From an uncultured Rhodospirillaceae bacterium (GTDB lineage: Bacteria > Pseudomonadota > Alphaproteobacteria > UBA9219), in the NCBI GenBank assembly GCA_964390005.1, contig CAYMGM010000003.1, positions 81,758-145,757 of the forward strand: DNA of 64,000 nucleotides, written 5' to 3'. This document shows positions 28,623-35,386 of this stretch, in pieces. Within the stretch, counting starts at the first letter, position 1, and the number at the start of each line of letters is the position of its first letter. The notes beneath the pieces were generated by a model, which was not told the origin of the DNA, ran no database searches, and saw nothing but the letters and a program-made list of their open reading frames with translations. The translations under genes and the position numbers were made by a program.

Positions 28623-30406
28623 CGGACGACACGGCCTTTTTAGGGGTCGAGGCGTCCTTTACCGGACGTCGCTGGGAAGCGCGAGCGTACGACGAAAGAA
28701 CGGCGCTGGCGCTTTCTCAGCGTTATGACATCCCCGATGTGATTGCCCGCGCGCTATCGGCGCGCGGCCTAGGCCTGGACGACGCAGGCGCTTTTCTTGT
28801 GCCGCGCTTGCGCGATTTAATGCCCGACCCCAGTTCCTTTCGCGCTATGGATCCAGCGGTCGATCGTTTTATCGCGGCGGTTCGGGCGGGCGAAACCATT
28901 GCCGTCTTTGGCGATTATGATGTCGATGGCGGGACATCGTCGGCGCTGATGCTGCGCCTTGGGCGGGCGCTTGGCGCGAAGATGCGCCTTTATGTGCCGG
29001 ACCGCCTCGCCGAAGGTTATGGCCCCAATCCCGCGGCGATGCGCCGGTTGCGCGAAGAAGGCGCGGGGCTTTGCGTTTGCGTCGATTGCGGGACAACGGC
29101 CTATGAGGCGCTCACGGCGGCGCAGGATGTTGGCTTGGACGTTCTTGTCATCGATCATCACGCGGCTGAGCCGTCTTTGCCGCCTGCCGTGGCTCTTATC
29201 AATCCCAATCGTTTGGATGATCCCAGCGCGGTGCCATTTGGCGCGCTGGCAGCCGTTGGTGTGACGTTTTTGTTTTGCGTGGCCGTTTGCCGGGCTTTGC
29301 GTGGGCAGAACTTTTTTTCGGATGCGCGGCCTGCGCCTGATTTGATGCGCTGGCTTGATTTGGTCGCGCTTGGGACTGTGTGCGATGTCGTGCGTCTGAC
29401 GGGGCTTAATCGCGCCTTTGTGACGCAAGGGCTGAAAGTTATGGAAAGCGCCCCGCAAACGGGCGTTCGGGCGCTGATGCGCGCGGCGGGAGCCAAAGGC
29501 CGCGTCGATACCTATACAGCTGGGTTTATTCTGGGCCCGCGCGTGAATGCGGGCGGACGCGTTGGAAAATCGGATCTCGGCGCGCGGCTTTTGGCGACGG
29601 ATGACGAAGCCGAAGCTGTGCAATTGGCGGATGCGCTTCATGCGTTGAACGCGCAGCGGCAAGAGGTCGAGGCGGGCGTCTTGGCCGAAGCCGAGCGGTT
29701 GATGGAAGAGGTGGATACGGAAGCGCCCCTGATTTTTGCGGCATCGGAAGGCTGGCATCCGGGCGTGATCGGCATTGTGGCCTCGCGCTTGAAAGAACGG
29801 TATCACCGTCCCGCGATTGTTGTCGCGCTGGAAGGCGCTGAAGGAAAAGGATCGGGCCGCTCGGTCACGGGCGTCGATTTAGGCGCGGCGGTTATTGCCG
29901 CGCGTCAAGCCGGGCTTCTTTTGGCTGGCGGCGGGCACAAAATGGCGGCGGGTTTGACCGTGGCGCGCGATCAGATCGCGGCGCTTCAGGCTTTTCTAAG
30001 CGCGCGTATCGGCAAGCAAATGGAAGCTGCGCCGCTTCGCCCCAGCCTGTCGATTGACGGGCTTTTGGGCGCTCAGGCGCTCGCGCCAGCGTTTTTAGAA
30101 AAATTAGCCGCGCTGGCGCCGTTTGGTACGGGCAATCCCGAGCCGCGTCTTGCCATCGCCGATTGTAAAATCATTCGCGCCGATGTCGTCGGCGAAAAGC
30201 ATGTGAGTTTAATCGCGATGCAAGGTGGCACGCGGCTGCGGGCGATTGCTTTTCGCGCGATGGAAAGCGATTTAGGCACGGCGCTGATCAGCAGTCGCGG
30301 GAAGACTTGTCATTTAGCTGGGTACTTGCGTGCCGACGATTTTCGCGGCGGCGATGCCATGCAATTGGTTGTGAACGATGCCGGTGGGGCCGCCGAAGGC
30401 CTTTAA
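28619..30406 (+). CDS. recJ: Single-stranded-DNA-specific exonuclease RecJ
   Basis: DHH motifs (FGDYDVDGGTS, VIDHHA) and DHHA1 GGGHKMAAG. The start overlaps the glpX stop (ATGA). Confidence 0.92.
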   Translation: MTDDTAFLGVEASFTGRRWEARAYDERTALALSQRYDIPDVIARALSARGLGLDDAGAFLVPRLRDLMPDPSSFRAMDPAVDRFIAAVRAGETIAVFGDYDVDGGTSSALMLRLGRALGAKMRLYVPDRLAEGYGPNPAAMRRLREEGAGLCVCVDCGTTAYEALTAAQDVGLDVLVIDHHAAEPSLPPAVALINPNRLDDPSAVPFGALAAVGVTFLFCVAVCRALRGQNFFSDARPAPDLMRWLDLVALGTVCDVVRLTGLNRAFVTQGLKVMESAPQTGVRALMRAAGAKGRVDTYTAGFILGPRVNAGGRVGKSDLGARLLATDDEAEAVQLADALHALNAQRQEVEAGVLAEAERLMEEVDTEAPLIFAASEGWHPGVIGIVASRLKERYHRPAIVVALEGAEGKGSGRSVTGVDLGAAVIAARQAGLLLAGGGHKMAAGLTVARDQIAALQAFLSARIGKQMEAAPLRPSLSIDGLLGAQALAPAFLEKLAALAPFGTGNPEPRLAIADCKIIRADVVGEKHVSLIAMQGGTRLRAIAFRAMESDLGTALISSRGKTCHLAGYLRADDFRGGDAMQLVVNDAGGAAEGL

Positions 30407-31260
30407 GGGCAGCTTAACGTAATGGTATCATACTGTCCTCCGGAGGCGCTCTTGGTAACGCCTGTAAAATTGGGTGTGCAATACCAATAAATGACGAAGG
30501 ATTTCACATAATTTAAGCAAGTGTCACCGTAAAGATTGTTGGGGCCCGAGATTGTGCAGGAACTTTTTCCGTTACAATAAGATTGACTTGAACCTGTAAC
30601 GTTTCCGTTGGCGTTGTTTCCGCATGCAGATGCGCCATAACTTGCCGATGTAACCTGGATGAAGGAATAATCCGACGTTGTAATAGGCGTTCCAAAGGAA
30701 CCCGCAAGAACGACGGGATAATTGATATAAGTCGCAACGGGAATTCGTATTTGTAACGTTTGCCCGCTGGATAATGATGATGAAGCCGCAACCCAACCAC
30801 CACTGTTGACGTTGACTTGCCCTGTTTGAGGAAAGATTTGGATCGGAACGGTGCCCGAAAAGCCACCCGTTACCGTCGGGATATTTGTATAGTTATAGCT
30901 ACCATCGTACGCCGTGAATTTTAAAGAAAAGGCGTCAGGCATGGTTGCCCCCGCCGTGCTGCCGATATTGCTCCAGTTCGTTCCGTCACAATATTTCAAT
31001 GCGCTTCCAGTCCATTGCACGATGCCGGCGTGTGCGGTATCGCATGTGTCAGTACTGGCGCCAAAAAAATATGGGGCCCGTTGCCAGATTCCGTTTTTGC
31101 ATTGGAAAAGCGTGTCCCAGTCCGCACCGTTTGTTTTGTCGGGCGTGCAGGCGCTTCCGAAATTGTGGGCTTCATTCCCGACCGTTGCCGCTTGGGCTGT
31201 GGCGATTAAACAAAGACACGCCGCTTGAATCCAGAATGGGGATGAGAAAAAACGAAACAT
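30403..31260 (-). CDS. Secreted Cys-rich protein with a C-terminal SUEL-type (galactose/rhamnose-binding) lectin-like domain
   Basis: Start re-picked at ATG 31260 (GGAGG RBS 8 nt upstream). Signal peptide MFRFFSSPFWIQAACLCLIATAQA. The C-terminus IQVTSASYGASACGNN...SQSYCNGKSSCTISGPNNLYGDTCLNYVKSFVIYWYC follows the Gal_Lectin pattern (SAxYG..C...CnGkxsC...GDpC.g..K.l.v.Y.C). Confidence 0.7.
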   Translation of the reverse strand: MFRFFSSPFWIQAACLCLIATAQAATVGNEAHNFGSACTPDKTNGADWDTLFQCKNGIWQRAPYFFGASTDTCDTAHAGIVQWTGSALKYCDGTNWSNIGSTAGATMPDAFSLKFTAYDGSYNYTNIPTVTGGFSGTVPIQIFPQTGQVNVNSGGWVAASSSLSSGQTLQIRIPVATYINYPVVLAGSFGTPITTSDYSFIQVTSASYGASACGNNANGNVTGSSQSYCNGKSSCTISGPNNLYGDTCLNYVKSFVIYWYCTPNFTGVTKSASGGQYDTITLSCP

Positions 31261-31296
31261 AAAAAGACCTCCGATCCTATTGCGTGAAAGGAATGT

Positions 31297-31650
31297 CACC
31301 AAGGCGCAAGTGCCTTGGTGACCGGAGGTTCAAAACCGTCTAGATAGAAACGGCGCGACGCTTTTTAGCTTAAACTCTGCTTTGCCGAAGCAAAGCAAGA
31401 GCGGCGCTTGGACATATAGCGCCGCCCTCCGGTCCTTTGAAAAGACCGAGGGGCGGCATCTCTGGTGACGAGACAACGTTTCTTGTCAAGACACGACACA
31501 ACAACCTTCTGCGCAAAGCACGCAAAGCGAGCATGATCTGATCTTTAAAAGAAAACGCAAATCTCTATCTCCTGACGACCAAGATGCCTTGGCCGCTATC
31601 TAGAAAGGGTTTGAAGCCCCGGAAAGTAGACGGACTACTTTCGAAGAGAA
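31297..31650. ncRNA. Candidate structured non-coding RNA or long structured leader; identity and strand unresolved
   Basis: Lies in the 410-bp ORF-poor gap between two minus-strand genes. A long-range helix pairs 31321..31347 with 31596..31622 (shared core TCTAGATAG / CTATCTAGA). Nested hairpins lie at 31297..31320, 31375..31401, 31401..31426, 31421..31457, 31472..31487, 31579..31592 and 31622..31642. See finding. Confidence 0.35.
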
Positions 31651-31713
31651 AGTGACAGAAACGAATGAACTTGGCAACAGCTTTGGTCTTTTATGTGTGT
31701 GTCCGGCTTTTTT

Positions 31714-32709
31714 TTACGTTGATTTTAATGAGGCTTCGACAGCGCGCCGCAGGCTTTGCACCACGCAGCCAAAGACGGTATCGGGCGACAGGATTTTTTC
31801 AATCACCAAGGTTGATCCAGCCGGATCGGGCGTGAAAGAGCTATGGCCTTGCGCAGGCCCTTGCGGCGTGACGGCGACAAAGCCGCGGCGGCCTGCATAA
31901 GCGTCAGGGATAAGGTGATAAAGGGACGTGTGAACATCGTGCATCACGGCGTCGATGCCGAACTTGCGCTGGTCCATCTCTTGCGGCGCGGCGATCAAAG
32001 CGGCGCAAAGCGCGGCGCGCGCAGGATCGGCAGCCAAGACCTGCAACAGCTTTTCTTTGCGGGCGGGGGTAAAGGTCAGCTGGTGCGTTAGGTTCATCGG
32101 GAACAAAACCAACGGCAAAGCGCTGGCCAGAACAGCGCGCGCATCTTGGGCGGCCATGTAAAAATTAAACTCGGCCTCTGGGGTAATGTTACCTTGGCGC
32201 GTTGCCATGTCGCGCGCAGGCATTGGCGCGGTGCAGCCGCCCATGATTAAAATCCGTTTGACGCGATGCATCGTCTCGGGATCTTTTCGCAGCGCTTCGG
32301 CAATATTCGTTAGGGGGCCTGTTGCCGTGACGATAACGCTTTGCGGCGGTTGGGCACGCAAGGTTTCAAGAAGAAAAGAAACGGCTTTTTGTGCCGAAGA
32401 TTTTGTCGATGCGTGCGGTAAAACTGTCCCGCCCAATCCATTTGCGCCATGCGCATCGTCGCCTTCAAGAGGCGGGCCACCGGAGGGACCTGCCGTGCCT
32501 TCGTAAACGGCAAGAGACGGCGCGTTTAAAAACGAAAGGATGTCTAAAGCGTTTTGGGTGACTTGTGGTAACGCGGTGTTGCCAAAAACGGCGCAAGCGC
32601 CAAGAATCTTGAACGATGCCGGATGCGCCAAGGCGACGGCGGCAAGCTGCATTTCATCGCCGCCCCAATCGCCGTCAATAATAAACGAAGTTGGCGCGGG
32701 CATGATCAA
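31714..32709 (-). CDS. Nucleoside hydrolase (IUNH family)
   Basis: FIIDGDWGGDEMQLAAV (DxDxxxD(D/E) metal/ribose motif), ATGPLTNIA and EAEFNFYMAAQDARAV (FNxxxDPxAA-like). The start overlaps the upstream stop (ATGA). Confidence 0.85.
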   Translation of the reverse strand: MIMPAPTSFIIDGDWGGDEMQLAAVALAHPASFKILGACAVFGNTALPQVTQNALDILSFLNAPSLAVYEGTAGPSGGPPLEGDDAHGANGLGGTVLPHASTKSSAQKAVSFLLETLRAQPPQSVIVTATGPLTNIAEALRKDPETMHRVKRILIMGGCTAPMPARDMATRQGNITPEAEFNFYMAAQDARAVLASALPLVLFPMNLTHQLTFTPARKEKLLQVLAADPARAALCAALIAAPQEMDQRKFGIDAVMHDVHTSLYHLIPDAYAGRRGFVAVTPQGPAQGHSSFTPDPAGSTLVIEKILSPDTVFGCVVQSLRRAVEASLKST

Positions 32710-33218
32710 GTGCCGCCGTTCTGATGGCGGACATATTCAAGCGCCGTGACATCGGCGACATGCGGCCCCCAAACGTCGCGGAGTTGGACTTGTCCTTCGC
32801 GCAAGGTCTTGAGGCGATTTTCCAAGCGGCCAATCGTATAGGCCGAAATAATCGGCGGGACGACAAAGATGATCAGCTGGCCAACAGCGGCAGCGCCGAA
32901 CATGACGATCCATGTCGTGGGGTTGTGGACGATGCGAACGGCGGTCTCCATGGATTGGCCCTTGCTCCACAGCTCGATCAGAAAGGGCGCAACGCCAGCG
33001 ACATTCATAAAACCGACAGCGGCTGTTGTTGATTTTTCAGGGTCCATATCGGTGAAAAGGGCGATGATGGTTGGGATTAGCCCTAAACAAATAAGAAGCG
33101 TCGGCAAGCCAAAAGGCACCAAAGCGCCGATAAGGGTCATCAAGATGATTAGGCCGATGCCTCCTTTGCCAAGGCGGTGCTTTTGACTGGGAAGAGGGGG
33201 CGGGCGGCGATGGATCAT
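32706..33218 (-). CDS. Small integral membrane protein (about 4 TM), hypothetical
   Basis: 170-aa ORF with hydrophobic helices GIGLIILMTLIGALVPFGL, LLICLGLIPTIIALF, VGFMNVAGVAPFLIEL and WIVMFGAAAVGQLIIFVVPPII. Translationally coupled to both neighbours. Confidence 0.6.
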   Translation of the reverse strand: MIHRRPPPLPSQKHRLGKGGIGLIILMTLIGALVPFGLPTLLICLGLIPTIIALFTDMDPEKSTTAAVGFMNVAGVAPFLIELWSKGQSMETAVRIVHNPTTWIVMFGAAAVGQLIIFVVPPIISAYTIGRLENRLKTLREGQVQLRDVWGPHVADVTALEYVRHQNGGT

Positions 33219-33232
33219 GCGGTCTTATCCTT

Positions 33233-35269
33233 TTAGCCGTTCAGGTTTTCAAAAAGCGCGCGCACAAGTGACAACGCAATGAGGACGATGGAAAGAAAAC
33301 TGGCAATGGTGGCGGCGACGGGGCGTCCCAGCGTTTGATTGACCTTGTCGCGGTTCTTTAGCATTTTGTCGATCTGCGTCATTTCGCGCGTGATGTCTTG
33401 GTACATCAGGCGCGCGCGCAGAAAATCCGTTTCATCGGCTTGAATGCGTTTCGGGTCGTCAACCGCGCGCAAGATCGCGCCAAGGTTACCGTTTGACGCC
33501 GCTTCTTTAACCTCGCGACGGATTTTTTCCTGCAAGGGCTTGCTGATAAAGTGCCGGATGTTCGGCTCGATCATCGGTAGAATCCAGGCGGCAAGGCCTG
33601 GCACCTTATCGGGGCCGTAGCGGTACTGTAGCTCGCTGAACAGGTTCAGCATCGCGATGCCGCGGCGCAAAGGCTGCTCGCCCGGGCTCATCGCGCCAAA
33701 AAGCGCTTCGCTTCGTTTATCGCGGATCAACAGATAGGCTGCTAAATGACGGTCCATCGGCTCGGCTGGGCGCGCGCCTTGGGTCGCCAGCGCTTCAAGC
33801 GACGCTAAAACATGGCGTGGCGATAGAATATAAAAAGACCGCAGCATGGGGCTGAGGCACGGCAAATATTGGTTTAGGTCGTAAAGCGCCCGCTCGATCC
33901 CGTTGCCGAACGTCGTGCGGTCGATGTGATTGCGCACGCGGTCGATTTGCTGAATCGTGGGCAGCATTTCCGTTTGCATCTCGCGCTGCATGCCCGCCCA
34001 AGCGCCGACAAGGCCAGTCGAGATCAACTCGCTAATCGTTTGGACATTGCCGTTCGTCAAAACGGAGTAAGCCAAAAAGCCCGCAACGCCAGACGGCATA
34101 ACCGAAATGCCGCGGTAGCGGATCGGGCCGTCGGGATCCAGCGCCATGCTGACGCGCGCGACAAGCTGATCTTGTTGATGTCCGCTTTTGCCGCGCTCTA
34201 AGATCTCTTCGGCGATCTCGCTGACTTTCTTCGATCGGTCTTCGTCGCCTAGCGATCGCATCAGCCATTTTTGAAGCTGACCTGTCTCGACCATCTTGAC
34301 GGCATCGGGCGGGTTGTTGACCAGCGCTGCCGCAAGCGGGCGCACATGCCAATATTCTTTTCCTGCGATGTCAAAATGGCGCGTGGCGCGCCGTCCCGCA
34401 TCCGAACTTTTGGGCGTCATGCGGCGGCCCGATTGCCATTGCTCAAGCTCGGCCGCGCTCCACCTTTGCGCCGGATCGTCGGCCAACAGACCGCGCAAAA
34501 GCTCGATATGCGACGAGGCAAGGCGTCGCGCGCCGATCAGCGTGCTGAACGTTCCTTTTTCCATTTTCATGGCTAAAAGCGTTTGATCGTCCATATCGGC
34601 CAAAGGATTCTGGCCCATGATGATCATGGCCATCGTGACACCAAAGGCATAGCAATCATCAACGTGAAGGCCAGGGCCGCGTCCCGCCGGTACGGCTTGA
34701 GAACGGTCAATTGGCTCGAACAAGGCCGGTTGATCAAAGCCGCAAGGAATGGTCAGGCAATCGCCAAACTGTGGCGGGGTCGAGCTGGCATGCCGCCAAA
34801 AAATGTTGGTCGGCCTGATCGCGCCATGAACAATGCCCGTGCGCTGAAAATCGAGCAAAGCGCGGATAAGCGGCGCGATAAAACTGTGTTTAAGCGAATC
34901 CTCGTTCATGACGGGATGAGGATCTTTTAAATTCTCCCAATAGCGCGGCGCGAGCGGCGTTTCAAAGGCAGCGGCAAAAAAAGATCCGCCGCGTTCAGGC
35001 CAATGAATAATGCCCGCTTCGCGCAAGCGCGGCACAGACGGATTGTCAAGCGAGCGCAGCGCCGAGACAAGCTCAAGTCGCGGCAGGGGGCTGTTGGTGC
35101 AGATCATCGCCATCAAATCCGACGATCCCATGCCGCGAAACTGCGCGGCAAAGGCCTCGCCGCCACTGCTGTTAAAGGCAGGCAGGGGCTGGTCCTGAAA
35201 AATCGCGACCCGCCCTTCAAGCAGAAGGGGCGCGACTTTGGATTCTGGTGCCGGGGCTTGAGGTGACAT
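33233..35269 (-). CDS. Membrane-anchored protein with an N-terminal Ser/Thr-kinase-like domain lacking catalytic residues (pseudokinase)
   Basis: GIVHGAIRPTNIFW aligns to the kinase catalytic loop HRDxKPxN with HRD replaced by HGA. No VAIK lysine is recognisable, and QFGD stands in place of DFG. DCYAFGVTMAMIIMGQNPL and LLADDPAQRWSAAEL match subdomains IX and XI. About 400 further aa are unassigned, followed by a C-terminal TM (VAATIASFLSIVLIALSLV). Confidence 0.75.
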   Translation of the reverse strand: MSPQAPAPESKVAPLLLEGRVAIFQDQPLPAFNSSGGEAFAAQFRGMGSSDLMAMICTNSPLPRLELVSALRSLDNPSVPRLREAGIIHWPERGGSFFAAAFETPLAPRYWENLKDPHPVMNEDSLKHSFIAPLIRALLDFQRTGIVHGAIRPTNIFWRHASSTPPQFGDCLTIPCGFDQPALFEPIDRSQAVPAGRGPGLHVDDCYAFGVTMAMIIMGQNPLADMDDQTLLAMKMEKGTFSTLIGARRLASSHIELLRGLLADDPAQRWSAAELEQWQSGRRMTPKSSDAGRRATRHFDIAGKEYWHVRPLAAALVNNPPDAVKMVETGQLQKWLMRSLGDEDRSKKVSEIAEEILERGKSGHQQDQLVARVSMALDPDGPIRYRGISVMPSGVAGFLAYSVLTNGNVQTISELISTGLVGAWAGMQREMQTEMLPTIQQIDRVRNHIDRTTFGNGIERALYDLNQYLPCLSPMLRSFYILSPRHVLASLEALATQGARPAEPMDRHLAAYLLIRDKRSEALFGAMSPGEQPLRRGIAMLNLFSELQYRYGPDKVPGLAAWILPMIEPNIRHFISKPLQEKIRREVKEAASNGNLGAILRAVDDPKRIQADETDFLRARLMYQDITREMTQIDKMLKNRDKVNQTLGRPVAATIASFLSIVLIALSLVRALFENLNG

Positions 35270-35386
35270 ACAAACAGCCGAAAAAGGAAAACAATCAGAA
35301 GAACCGAATCGGTGCCTTGAAGTTAACCAATAATCGCTGCGTGCGCCAGCTTTTGCACAGGTGGGGCGGGGCTTTAGGCTCGGGGC

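Noticed and set aside
28817-29806. 329-aa minus-strand ORF
   Set aside because: Antisense to recJ (DHH/DHHA1 motifs on the plus frame). The translation is Arg/Pro/His-rich with no motifs.
31297-31650. Calling the structured intergenic RNA a two-piece tmRNA (ssrA)
   Set aside because: The permuted acceptor-like hairpin with a G-U at position 3 and an A-rich run before GCA AAU are suggestive. However, the T-loop lacks the GGTTCGA consensus and no CCA is encoded. The candidate frames end ...RRFLA*, ...KRA* or ...ALAAI*, or run over 30 codons, unlike alphaproteobacterial ANDN...AA tags. Kept as an unidentified candidate only.
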